Origin: an uncultured Acidimicrobiia bacterium
Lineage (GTDB): Bacteria; Acidobacteriota; Terriglobia; Versatilivoradales; Versatilivoraceae
Assembly (NCBI GenBank): GCA_963791795.1
Contig: CAWBTP010000015.1
Span: 42,822-106,821, forward strand
DNA: 64,000 bases
Reading direction: 5' to 3'
Shown here: positions 39,573 through 48,538 of the stretch, one piece after another
How positions within the stretch are numbered: position 1 is the first letter of the stretch
Layout: every line of letters starts with the position of its first letter
Notes under the pieces: model-generated
What the model saw: only the letters and a program-made list of their open reading frames with translations
What the model was told of the DNA's origin: nothing
The model's database searches: none
Program-made: the position numbers and the translations under genes

Positions 39573-40430
39573 TCATGCCTGTCTATCGTTTTCTCCTATC
39601 ACATTGAGATTGTTAACGACCTTTCGAACGCCATTCACGGTTTGCGCGATCTTTTCGGCCAGAAGTTTTTCGGCCCGAGATGAAACGGAGCCCGCCAGGG
39701 TGACAGTCCCATCGAGTGAATGGATTTGAAGCGTGTTGAGAGAAAATGCCTTTGTAGAATAAAGCTCAAACTCGACTTTCTTGGCGAGTTTGTCTTCCGG
39801 TGCCGCGTTTGTGGAGGTCGTTGTAACACCGAGATTATTGACCACGCCAACCACGCCTTGAACTCCCCAGGCAATTTGTTGCGCCAGGATCTTCTGGCTT
39901 TCCGTCTCAACTGTTCCGTTAAGATTCACCTTCCGTTCCTTGACGACTAGCGTAATCGGGCTGTCCTTCAACTCCGGGTTCTTACGAAGAGCTTCCTCAG
40001 TAATCATTTTGATCTCCAAGTCGGCTACGCGGTCAGTGAGGCGACTTGCTTCGGGATTCGGGCGCGTTCCTGGATCGACAATCAAGTTGTTCTGGAGTTC
40101 CTTGACGCCCGAGGTGTCCTTCGCAATCACTCCGGCCATTGCTTTGACTTCTTCCGAAGGTACTTGGCCGGCAAGGCTGACAACTCCTTGCTTGGTGTTT
40201 ACTTCGATGTCGAACGGCGAGACATGCTTTGACAGCATCAGGGCTGTCTTCACCTTGGTTGAGGTCGCCGCGTCTTCAGAGGTTTCCTTAATCGAGGACC
40301 AGGCAGCTTTAACCGATCCCTTGTTCCCCTGCACGTAGTACCAGACTCCCCCAACAATGAGGAAGACCACGACTACAGCCAGAATTGTCCCGAGGACGCT
40401 TTGGCCTTTTTGATCAGCGGATACGCTCAT
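39573..40430 (-). CDS. OsmY-like protein with N-terminal TM anchor and three BON domains
   Basis: 285 aa. TM helix VLGTILAVVVVFLIVGGVWYYV, then three BON repeats (..KTALMLS..V.IEVNTKQGVVSLAGQV.., ..ITLVVKERKVNLNGTV.., ..LQIHSLDGTVTLAGSV..). Confidence 0.85.
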   Translation of the reverse strand: MSVSADQKGQSVLGTILAVVVVFLIVGGVWYYVQGNKGSVKAAWSSIKETSEDAATSTKVKTALMLSKHVSPFDIEVNTKQGVVSLAGQVPSEEVKAMAGVIAKDTSGVKELQNNLIVDPGTRPNPEASRLTDRVADLEIKMITEEALRKNPELKDSPITLVVKERKVNLNGTVETESQKILAQQIAWGVQGVVGVVNNLGVTTTSTNAAPEDKLAKKVEFELYSTKAFSLNTLQIHSLDGTVTLAGSVSSRAEKLLAEKIAQTVNGVRKVVNNLNVIGENDRQA

Positions 40431-40610
40431 GATTTTCTCTCCAAATATTAAGGATTTGCATTGAACTTAGCAGAGAGACGGCACCAGCGCTGGTCAAAAT
40501 TGCTCTCACCCCCCGACTGACCAGACGGGTTCAATTATGCACAGCGCTACCTCGGCTATTCCGCAAAAGTAGAAATGTCGTGCTGGGAATCTTAAATGAG
40601 CGAGGTGCTT

Positions 40611-41786
40611 ATGAAGATCCATCATCGAGTGCTTTTTTTATGTGCAATCCTATTGACCCTACCCGGCTTGTCCCCGGAAGCTCTGGGGCAAGGTCGCAAC
40701 CGGCAGTTGACCGGAACTTGGAATCTCGATGCGTCCCGCAGCGATGACGTTCAAGGCGCAATCGATCGAGCCAACATTAATCGCAATACGAACACGGACC
40801 GCATTCGGCAGAGATTGGAAAATCGGCTTCAGCCACCCGACCGGCTGTCGATTGAGCAATCCGACCGACGCGTTACGCTCGCATCCTCCACAGCGCCGCA
40901 AGTGAGCTTTGATGCCGATGGCAGAGCTCGCTCGGAAACGAACGCGAATGGACGCACCATACAAACGACGGCTAGCTTGAGTGGTTCGGTGTTAACCATT
41001 CGCACTCAAGGCGATCGTGCCAACGATTTTCAGGTCACGTTTCGACCGGTAGACAACGGTCGTAGTCTTCAAGTGACCCGTAGGATCTACAATGATCGAT
41101 TGACTCAACCACTCGAGACGCTCAGTTTCTACAATCGCGTTTCGGATGTGGCAGAATTCGGTGGTTACTCGAACACGTATCCAAATACAACCACGGCAAC
41201 CCGTAGTGACAGCCGACGCCGCAGCAACGTCTCCAACATCCCTGCCGACACCATACTGACTGCGTCGCTAAATCAGTCTCTCCACACCAAAGACGCCAAG
41301 GACGGAGATCGCTTTACGCTAACGGTGGTATCGCCTGCGGAATACAGCGGCGCTGTCATTGAAGGCTACCTGACTCGTGTCGAACGCTCGGGAAGGGTTA
41401 CTGGCAGTCCAGAAATCGGGTTTGAGTTCGATACCATCCGCCTGCGCAATAGTGGCACCTACGACTTCTCGGGCTACATTGAGCAAGTGCGTACACCGAC
41501 TGGCAACAAGGTGAAGGTAGATAACGAAGGCAGCGTCAAGGAAAAGAGCGGGCAAACGGAGCGCACTGTGGTGCGGAGTGGCATCGGCGCGGCCATTGGC
41601 GCCATCATTGGCGGCATTACCGGCGGTGGTGAAGGCGCTGCCATCGGTGCGGCTGTAGGTGCCGGAGCAGGCGCTGGCTCGGTCATTGTTCAGGGACGCG
41701 ATGATCTCCAACTCGACAATGGTACGGAGTTCACCATCCACACCAGCAACACTACTCGCATCAGCTCCAGCAGTTTCACCCGATAG
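40611..41786 (+). CDS. secreted hypothetical protein with C-terminal glycine-zipper segment
   Basis: Second ATG (40611) has GAGGTG 6 nt upstream. Signal peptide [27 protein letters not shown]-terminal [33 protein letters not shown] glycine zipper. No recognisable enzymatic motifs. Confidence 0.5.
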   Translation: MKIHHRVLFLCAILLTLPGLSPEALGQGRNRQLTGTWNLDASRSDDVQGAIDRANINRNTNTDRIRQRLENRLQPPDRLSIEQSDRRVTLASSTAPQVSFDADGRARSETNANGRTIQTTASLSGSVLTIRTQGDRANDFQVTFRPVDNGRSLQVTRRIYNDRLTQPLETLSFYNRVSDVAEFGGYSNTYPNTTTATRSDSRRRSNVSNIPADTILTASLNQSLHTKDAKDGDRFTLTVVSPAEYSGAVIEGYLTRVERSGRVTGSPEIGFEFDTIRLRNSGTYDFSGYIEQVRTPTGNKVKVDNEGSVKEKSGQTERTVVRSGIGAAIGAIIGGITGGGEGAAIGAAVGAGAGAGSVIVQGRDDLQLDNGTEFTIHTSNTTRISSSSFTR

Positions 41787-41909
41787 TGTTTGAGTTACTG
41801 TAGCGCAGACCCGCAGAGTTTGTGGGTCTGCGCTCTTCCTCCCAGGACCTTGCCGTGGGAACCTCGCGATGCCACTCGCAACCAGCCCCAGGAGTCCCCG
41901 GAACCGCAG

Positions 41910-42689
41910 CTAATCTTGTTCCAGTGGCAAACGGAACTCTGCAATCAATGGAAGGTGATCTGAAGCGACGAGTGCCGTTCGGCTGCGATGCAACTTCAGC
42001 GATGCCAAATGAAGCGATGCGTCAAAAAAGACGTGGTCCAGATGCACCATTGGCAGAAGGCCGGGGTAAGTCCTGCGTCGTCTCAAATGGGCCAGGAGGT
42101 CGGCGCTTACGAGATGGCTGGCAAGCAGTCGTGATACTGGACCCTGCGTCCAGTCGTTGAAGTCGCCCAGCATTACCCTGGCATGCCTCAGATCGGGGCT
42201 GTTCAGAATCTGCGTTGAGACCAGTTTGTGAGCCTGACGTTGACGCTCGGAGTGCGTTGTCCCCAGGTGAACGTTGAAGATGTGAAGATATTGACGTTCG
42301 CTAACCTCGACATCGACCTGAAAGCAAGCCCTCGGCTCCAGAAGTTCACAGGAAAGATCATAAGACTTGGTCGTGGTGATCGGAAAACGACTGAGTACCG
42401 CATTCCCATATGGCCTTCCCCTCAGTTGCCGCGTCTGACCGAACCGGCACTCATACCCCAGTTTTTCGGCCAGGTAACATGCCTGGCCCGGTTGTTCAGC
42501 CGATGCAGCATGGTTCACGACTTCCTGCAACGCGATAATGTCCGCATCGACTTCCTCCAGGACCCGAGCAATCCGGGAAGGCAGGACTCGTTGATCCCAA
42601 CCTCGACAGCGATGAATGTTGTAGGTAGCCACCCTTAGACGCGCAGCCGTGCCGTTCACTGTTGACGCTCCAAAACCCAACCCAGACAT
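41910..42689 (-). CDS. endonuclease/exonuclease/phosphatase (EEP) family protein (YbhP-like)
   Basis: ..LRVATYNIHRCRG..DADIIALQEV..GDFNDW..SDHLPLIAEF EEP motifs. Start taken at ATG 42689 (track GTG at 42725). Overlaps the 3' end of cls by about 34 nt. Confidence 0.75.
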   Translation of the reverse strand: MSGLGFGASTVNGTAARLRVATYNIHRCRGWDQRVLPSRIARVLEEVDADIIALQEVVNHAASAEQPGQACYLAEKLGYECRFGQTRQLRGRPYGNAVLSRFPITTTKSYDLSCELLEPRACFQVDVEVSERQYLHIFNVHLGTTHSERQRQAHKLVSTQILNSPDLRHARVMLGDFNDWTQGPVSRLLASHLVSADLLAHLRRRRTYPGLLPMVHLDHVFFDASLHLASLKLHRSRTALVASDHLPLIAEFRLPLEQD

Positions 42690-43954
42690 TCGTGCGCCCT
42701 TTCTATAACAGAGCGACCCTTCCACTCGGAGTACTCGATCAAACGGCTGTGTTTGAGGTCTCTTTCAAAATCTTCGGTCAATCGTCCGGCCAGCTTCTCA
42801 TTGCAACACACGAGGTTCAACTCGTCGTTAAGCCCAAAAGAACGGTGATCAAAGTTCGTTGACCCAACAACGCTCCACAGATTGTCGACGATCAATGTTT
42901 TTGCATGCATCATGGCCGGCTGATACTCAAAGATCTGAGCTCCTCCCTCGAGCAGCGCGCCGTAGAGTCGCCGGCTCGATCGCCGCGTCAGCAACTGATC
43001 ACTGCGTTTGCCAGGTGTCAGGATTCTTATTCGTACACCCCGCTCACGCATGGCGCGCAGCATTTCCGCACGGGCGCTGCGGTCGGGAAGAAAGTAGGGG
43101 GTGGTCAAACAGATGCTTTCCTGAGCTGAAGCCAGCAGAGTCTGAAAGAGGATGCGCGCCCGGGTCGAGCGTCCCAGTGAAGGAGAGCTGCTGACAACCA
43201 TCTCAACCGGAGCGTCTCTCTTTGTAGCCGTTGATTTGCGTTCATGGGAAGAAGACGGGAAGTACTCCTCACCCCATAGAATTTCGCCAGAGCTCTCAAG
43301 CCAGTTCTCAGCGAACGTGGCCTGCAGGCCGGCCACCGCCTTGCCTTCGAGGCGGACCATCGTGTCGCGCCAGCGCGGGCTTCCAGATGTATTGTTGAAC
43401 CATTGATCGGCAAACCCTGCTCCACCCAAAAAACCAATGCGCCCATCGATCACAAGGAGCACCCGATGGGTGCGATTGTTAAAGCGGGCCAGAGTTTCCC
43501 AGCCAAACGAGTGGTATCGCTTTACCCGACCTCCAGCGTCTACCAACTCTTGAAAAAAGCTGCTGGAAGTTCCCGCACTACCAACCGCGTCGATCACCAG
43601 ATTGACTTTCACGCCCAATCGGGCTCGGTCCGCGAGGGCCGCAACAAACCGGCGAGTCAGCTCGCCTTCTTGAAAGATATAGGCCTCAAGATTGACGCTT
43701 TTTTGGGCTTCTTGAATGGCATCCAGTTCGCCAGAGTAAAAGGTATTCCCGTTGGTAAGAACTTCAACACCTTCAGAGCGGTATGAGCGAACCCCCAGCA
43801 AAGCTTCCAGCATACTGAGGAACTCGCGAGAAGCCGGAGACGGAGGCTTCCAAAGCTTGTAAGGTAGGCTAGGTTCGAAAAAGAACAGGAAGAGGAGAAA
43901 ACTCTGCACCAGGATCGCCATGACTGCAACGACTGTAAAAAACGTTGAGTCCAT
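42656..43954 (-). CDS. cls: cardiolipin synthase (phospholipase D family, two HKD motifs; ClsB-like)
   Basis: N-terminal TM helices. HRVLLVIDGRIGFLGG (first HxK-like motif, K replaced by V) and HAKTLIVDNLWSVVGSTNFDHRS (second HKD). Followed by an EEP gene, as in the clsB–ybhP pair. Confidence 0.85.
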   Translation of the reverse strand: MDSTFFTVVAVMAILVQSFLLFLFFFEPSLPYKLWKPPSPASREFLSMLEALLGVRSYRSEGVEVLTNGNTFYSGELDAIQEAQKSVNLEAYIFQEGELTRRFVAALADRARLGVKVNLVIDAVGSAGTSSSFFQELVDAGGRVKRYHSFGWETLARFNNRTHRVLLVIDGRIGFLGGAGFADQWFNNTSGSPRWRDTMVRLEGKAVAGLQATFAENWLESSGEILWGEEYFPSSSHERKSTATKRDAPVEMVVSSSPSLGRSTRARILFQTLLASAQESICLTTPYFLPDRSARAEMLRAMRERGVRIRILTPGKRSDQLLTRRSSRRLYGALLEGGAQIFEYQPAMMHAKTLIVDNLWSVVGSTNFDHRSFGLNDELNLVCCNEKLAGRLTEDFERDLKHSRLIEYSEWKGRSVIERAHECLGWVLERQQ

Positions 43955-44234
43955 TCACCCCTCCACGGCTCTCATCTCTGATGACTGCAAGTGAGCTGCC
44001 AGCCGGGCCGCAATGACGGAGCCCACATTCCAGAAGCCCAAACAACGTTCGGTTTCTCCTCAGCCGATAAATAGTTCCTGAGGAAGCAAAGATTACCGTC
44101 GAACGCTATTGTCGAAAGATTAGGCCTTTGATCGAGGGTCAATTTTGAACGGTCCCTTTCTCAGTTCTGGCCAATCATCTCCACAAGCCTTGGCCGAACC
44201 GTTCTTCCTTTGACCTGGCGTATATGGAGGTTTT

Positions 44235-44666
44235 GTGACCGCTGAGAGAATTCCACACAGACTGAATCGAGTGTTGATCGTAAGTACTGACAACGACCTG
44301 AATCTGCTCCTGCGATTCCTGCTCGAGACAGACGGATTTCAAGTCACTTCAAAAACACCAGACACTGCCATGCAAGCAGTGCTCATGCATCCACCGGCAG
44401 CGATTTTTTTCGATCTTAGCTTTCAAGACGGAAAGTGTTTGAGTTTCCTGCAGTTTATTCAAGACACCTTCCCGAAGATTTCGATTCTTACAGTGGTCCG
44501 GCCGGAGCAACGTGCCTGGGCGGACAAGTCTTTAGAGACGGCAGTGCAAGGTTGGCTCTCAACACCAGTGGACTATCGAGGAGTTAAGAACCTTCTTGCC
44601 GGGGCAGGCTCTCGCAGGCAAAAGCCGACCTATCGCAGAAGCCCGGCTTCGATTGCTGCAAATTAA
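44235..44666 (+). CDS. single-domain receiver (CheY-like REC) protein, atypical
   Basis: GTG start after TGGAGG. RVLIVSTDND..AAIFFDLSFQDG (Asp60 phospho-acceptor), ILTVV (Thr86). The conserved Lys of the K-P motif is replaced (LSTP), and the N-terminal acidic pair is TD/ND. Confidence 0.5.
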   Translation: MTAERIPHRLNRVLIVSTDNDLNLLLRFLLETDGFQVTSKTPDTAMQAVLMHPPAAIFFDLSFQDGKCLSFLQFIQDTFPKISILTVVRPEQRAWADKSLETAVQGWLSTPVDYRGVKNLLAGAGSRRQKPTYRRSPASIAAN

Positions 44667-44736
44667 TCGTTGTGCTGGATCGGAAAGACGCCGGGGGGCG
44701 ATATACGCCCCCCGAAAAACATCGAGCGACAGAACT

Positions 44737-45159
44737 TCAGTATTTCTTTTCCTCTTTCTTAGGTTCCGTGTGAGCTTTCTCACTTTTGCCTGGCATAGTG
44801 ATCTCTGAGACTTTGATGGTCTTCCCGTCAGCGTCCAAATCACCCGTAAGTTTCACCGTGTGTCCGGCATGTTGCTGCAGTCCAGCAAAGTCTTGATTAG
44901 AGATCTCGAACACCTTACCCTGGCTCGCCAATATGTACTTCCCTCCAGCCTTGACACATGCCAAGGTGCATTCTCGCTCTTTATCAGCCGGGCTAGCTGT
45001 CTTTGAAAGTTCGCCCTTCTGCTCGTGCTCTTTAACCATTTTGTGAGTCGCCCCACACATGCTGTCGCCGATTTTGCCCGTCCAGGTTTTCGTCGCAGCC
45101 GCCGCAGAATACGGCAGCAGAGCCAACAGCAAAGTGGGCAGATAAGCTCTTGTTCTCAT
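44737..45159 (-). CDS. secreted hypothetical protein (140 aa, Lys/Glu-rich C-terminus)
   Basis: ATG 45159 8 nt after AAAGGAG. Signal peptide MRTRAYLPTLLLALLPYSAAAA. Four Cys. C-terminal EPKKEEKKY. Confidence 0.4.
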   Translation of the reverse strand: MRTRAYLPTLLLALLPYSAAAATKTWTGKIGDSMCGATHKMVKEHEQKGELSKTASPADKERECTLACVKAGGKYILASQGKVFEISNQDFAGLQQHAGHTVKLTGDLDADGKTIKVSEITMPGKSEKAHTEPKKEEKKY

Positions 45160-45370
45160 CGGTTCTTCTCCTTTCACAATTGGACGTCACTTGGCCGACT
45201 GTAGGCTCGCGCAGTCCTGGTCGCTGTTCACAATTGACCAGGCGTGCAACGTACAGGGTCAAGTTCTGTTCTGGCAAAGTCGTTGAAGGCTGGGGGTGGG
45301 GGCGCGGCGCAGGCCGCGGGCCGAAGCTGAGCGTCCGCTCCTCGCTAGAGGGGCGGACGCCGTTAGCGCC

Positions 45371-45811
45371 TCAGGCTTCTACGGTAGGACGAGAGATCTC
45401 TTTGACGACTTGCGCAGTCTTTTCGGGCTGGCCAAATCGCGTCGCAATGTCACCCTGCGCGATGATGCCTACAAGCTTATTGTGCGAGTCAACGATCGGT
45501 ACACGGCGAACCTGGTTGGTCGCCATGGTATCCAGAGCGCGTTGCAACTCATCGTCCGATGAGCATGAGATCGGCGTTTTGGTCATCACTTCGCGCACAG
45601 TAATCTGCCCCGCATCGCGATGTTCGGCGACAATCCTCAGCGCAATATCCCGGTCTGTAAGAATACCGATCAACTTGCGGTTGCGAGAATCGTCCACAAT
45701 CGGAATCGAGCCGACATCCTCAGCCAGCATCAACTGGGCCGCTCGCTCTACGGATTCACCCGACATACAACAGATAGGGTTCTGCGTCATAAAATCACTG
45801 CATCGTTCCAT
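45371..45811 (-). CDS. CBS-pair domain protein
   Basis: ATG 45811 8 nt after AAGGAGG. Two CBS motifs (..VGSIPIVDDSRNRKLIGILTDRDIALRIV.. and ..VRRVPIVDSHNKLVGIIAQGDIA..). The upstream 57 codons of the track ORF were rejected. Confidence 0.8.
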   Translation of the reverse strand: MERCSDFMTQNPICCMSGESVERAAQLMLAEDVGSIPIVDDSRNRKLIGILTDRDIALRIVAEHRDAGQITVREVMTKTPISCSSDDELQRALDTMATNQVRRVPIVDSHNKLVGIIAQGDIATRFGQPEKTAQVVKEISRPTVEA

Positions 45812-45884
45812 TGGATCACCCTCCTTACGGTTGAAATAAGAACTTCGCGTTAACTCCACGGACAGCTTGACGATCGACAGCGAT

Positions 45885-47000
45885 TCAATCCCGGCTTGGG
45901 GCTTCCGCATGATACAGAGGAGGCTTCTTGATGGCGGGCCGAGTAATCTCCTGATTGGGCGCAGGCCTTGCAACTTCTGCAAAATCGCTCAGCGTCACCG
46001 GACTCTGGTTCTCTGCCGAACGATAGAGTCCGTTGATCACACGGACGTCTGCCATGCCTTCGGCTCCGGACGGTTCCGGTTCTTTGTCGTTCAAAATGCA
46101 ATCTGAGAAATAGATCAACTCAGGAGCAAACTGATCTCTCTTGGCAAAAGTGCGCCGCTCCTCGTTGCCTTTGATGGTCAGCGTATGCTTCATCGCACTC
46201 GAGTATTCGTAGGCGTTATGGACTACCAGATCTCCTCGTGTGCCGATGATCTGGTAGGTCGACACATCGGAGGCGCCAAAACTGCAAACAAACGTCGCGA
46301 GCCGGTCTTTAGGAAAAACAAGGTTGGCACTAACCATCTCTTCTACTTCGCTGAAGCGGACGTCGTCACTGCTGGCTCGATTCGCAAAGACCCTCAGTGG
46401 CTCGTCTTGAAACAAGTAACGCGCGGCATTGATGCAATAGATGCCAATGTCATAAAGCGTTCCGCCGCCCAACGACCGCTGCAAGCGACTGTTGCCTTCT
46501 TTGACTTGCATCGTGAATACGGAGCTGAAAATGCGGAGATCACCCAGTTTCCCAGACTGTGCCAGCTTGATGGCCCTGAGGTTGGACTTCTCAAAGTGCA
46601 ACCGGTAGGCAATCATCAATTTCACCCGATTGTCCCGGCAGGCATGGATCATGGACTGGCACTCCGCGACCGTCAGCGCCATCGGCTTTTCACAAAGGAC
46701 ATGAATTCCGGCCTGAGCAGCCCGGATGGTGTATTCCTGATGCATATGATTCGGCAGAGCAATATACACGGCATCCACAGCTCCGCTCGAAAGGCATCGA
46801 TCGTAGTCGCCGTAGTCATACGTGTGTTCAACGTCGTATTTTTTGGCGAGTCTACCCAGCTTTGCAGGATCGTCTGAAATCAACGCTACAAGTTCGCAGT
46901 TCTTCGCTGCATTCTTAAATGCTGGGAGGACGGCTGCTTGGGCGATGTAGCCTTGGCCGGCTACGGCATAGCGAATTCTTTTTCTTCCGTTCTTAGCCAT
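45885..47000 (-). CDS. Gfo/Idh/MocA family NAD(P)-dependent oxidoreductase
   Basis: ATG 47000 (MAKNGRKRIRYAVAGQGYIAQAAVLPAF.. Rossmann N-terminus) with GGAGAG upstream. EKP motif (..CEKPMAL..). Confidence 0.85.
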   Translation of the reverse strand: MAKNGRKRIRYAVAGQGYIAQAAVLPAFKNAAKNCELVALISDDPAKLGRLAKKYDVEHTYDYGDYDRCLSSGAVDAVYIALPNHMHQEYTIRAAQAGIHVLCEKPMALTVAECQSMIHACRDNRVKLMIAYRLHFEKSNLRAIKLAQSGKLGDLRIFSSVFTMQVKEGNSRLQRSLGGGTLYDIGIYCINAARYLFQDEPLRVFANRASSDDVRFSEVEEMVSANLVFPKDRLATFVCSFGASDVSTYQIIGTRGDLVVHNAYEYSSAMKHTLTIKGNEERRTFAKRDQFAPELIYFSDCILNDKEPEPSGAEGMADVRVINGLYRSAENQSPVTLSDFAEVARPAPNQEITRPAIKKPPLYHAEAPSRD

Positions 47001-47153
47001 GAGTACCTTTGTCTCTCCAAATTTCAATCTGTAGGTGGGTGGAAGGGGCTTCCAGGTTGGAGTCAGCAATTCCGGCTCCGCTGATACTGGCAACCTCCCG
47101 TTTCGCTGCTCAAAGACGAAAGGTTGAGGGGTGGATCAACCCTTCCTCATGCG

Positions 47154-47289
47154 GGTGGTTGCCAGTAGTCAGTAACCGGCCAGCGGACCTTTGCTTGGGC
47201 CCATTTTCTAAGGGCTGAAATCAACACAAAGGATGATTTCGCGGACATGTAACCGTGCCCGGTTACTGACTATCGTCAACCACCGCTCC
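47154..47289. repeat. MITE-like element 1 (~136 bp, ~27-bp imperfect terminal inverted repeats)
   Basis: Left arm GGTGGTTGCCAGTAGTCAGTAACCGGCCAGCGG. Right arm (rc) GGAGCGGTGGTTGACGATAGTCAGTAACCGGGCACGG. Shares the CCAGTAGTCAG core with element 2. Confidence 0.45.
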
Positions 47290-47476
47290 AAGGTAGGTCA
47301 CCCAGCGCGAGCCAGCGGTTCAAATTGAGACACTAACAGCGAGATTTTTTCCACGCGGTGGGTGACAACCGCTGGAGGCAAATGCTGAATCTTGGGAGTT
47401 AGAAAGGTGGGACTGGCAACTGCTCCGGTTTTCCTGCGCACATCCCCTCGCTTCGTCAGCGACGGGGCGGCTTGCG

Positions 47477-47615
47477 GTCCAGTTGCCAGTGGTCAGTAGT
47501 CAGCACCGCTTCATTTTCGGAGTTCCTTGCTGTGTTTGGCAGCCGGACTCGAACCGTGGGCTAGAGTCCTTAACTCCTGGATGTTGCCTGTGCTGACTAC
47601 TGGCCAACAGCAACG
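47477..47615. repeat. MITE-like element 2 (~139 bp, inverted-repeat termini with CCAGTAGTCAGCAC core)
   Basis: Left arm GTCCAGTTGCCAGTGGTCAGTAGTCAGCACCGC. Right arm GTGCTGACTACTGGCCAACAGCAACG (rc matches). Partial arms also at 47356-47378 and 47407-47429. Confidence 0.45.
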
Positions 47616-47973
47616 ACGATCGTGATGCTACGAGGGTAAGTTTGGCAGCGCCGTTCAAAATTGAACAAGGCCATTCTTTTCAGGAGAACTAAGTGTCGCA
47701 ACCCGGGTACGGGGTTTTTGTCGCGTTCGGATGAAACCCTGGCGGCGTAGGTCATCCAGCCAGACGCCCACGATGCCGCCGCAGTTGAGATAGAAAATCA
47801 TTTCCTTGCGGGTTAGATCCCGCCAGGGAGACTCGCGCGGTCCTGGTGGAACCTCTCGAGTTTGAACACACCCGTTGGGTCCATGGCGGAACTCCACCGT
47901 GGTGTCCGATCTATTTCCGGGAATTTTGAGCATGAGAGAAGCGGCGAACTCAGTGACAATTGTGACCTGGCTG

Positions 47974-48228
47974 CTATGCTTCGTTGCCAGCGAAATGCCG
48001 TGAGGTGCGAACCCAGCCGGTGCCTAGACATATCTCGCAATGATCCAGGGTTGAGCAGAAACTATTCGTAGTCCCGCGACTGGATCCCCGACAGCGTGGG
48101 CACAGGATAGGGGGTCTCAACACCAATATCCAACCTCGGCCCTCGCAGGCAGCACACGCTAACTTCCCGCCTCGATCTCCGTCACCGTTGCAGCCGTGGC
48201 AAGTCTCTTTTGAATAATCGGAAGCCAC
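47974..48228 (-). CDS. small zinc-finger protein with four CxxCxGxG repeats (DnaJ-central-domain-like), paralog A
   Basis: 84 aa: CHGCNGDG, CAACEGRG, CPRCRGSS, CEICLGTGWV. About 45% identical to the 77-aa protein at 56915-57148. Confidence 0.5.
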   Translation of the reverse strand: MASDYSKETCHGCNGDGDRGGKLACAACEGRGWILVLRPPILCPRCRGSSRGTTNSFCSTLDHCEICLGTGWVRTSRHFAGNEA

Positions 48229-48538
48229 CTTTCACACCCCGTCCTGGCAAGATCCGACCTGAGAGAAGCAGGCTGTCACTAATTCCAACGAGAGGCAATG
48301 AGGTAATCCCTGACCATGGTGTCAGGAGCCGCCTTAACCGGATCCGGCGTCGAAGGTTCCCATTCTATTGGCGCAGGTTCGGATTGGGCACAGTCAGGGC
48401 TGGGCCGGACTATTTCAGGTTGCAGAGATGTACCGAGTTGTGACGGTGGATCTCAAAGGCGCGTGGGAATGACGCGCCTTTCGAAGACGACTGTGAAATT
48501 GGACCTCACAGATCCGCTCAAACGAGAGAGTCGCACGT

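Larger units (their letters stand above)
39375..39695. repeat. copy 2 of ~320-bp direct repeat (decayed Gsp 3' fragment + terminator + 3' end of BON gene)
   Basis: Homologous to 30643-30965. Here the BON/OsmY gene end is intact and the Gsp C-terminal coding fragment is frame-broken. Confidence 0.7.

Noticed and set aside
47520-47600. tRNA-like T-arm motif (GGTTCGAGTCC on the minus strand)
   Set aside because: Only a 3-bp T-stem can form and no acceptor, D or anticodon arms fold. The segment is the loop of MITE-like element 2.
47655-47933. 92-aa minus-strand ORF downstream of zinc-finger paralog A
   Set aside because: No recognisable motifs, no clear RBS, and it overlaps two other small ORFs. 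It is kept only as a possibility in the zinc-finger finding.
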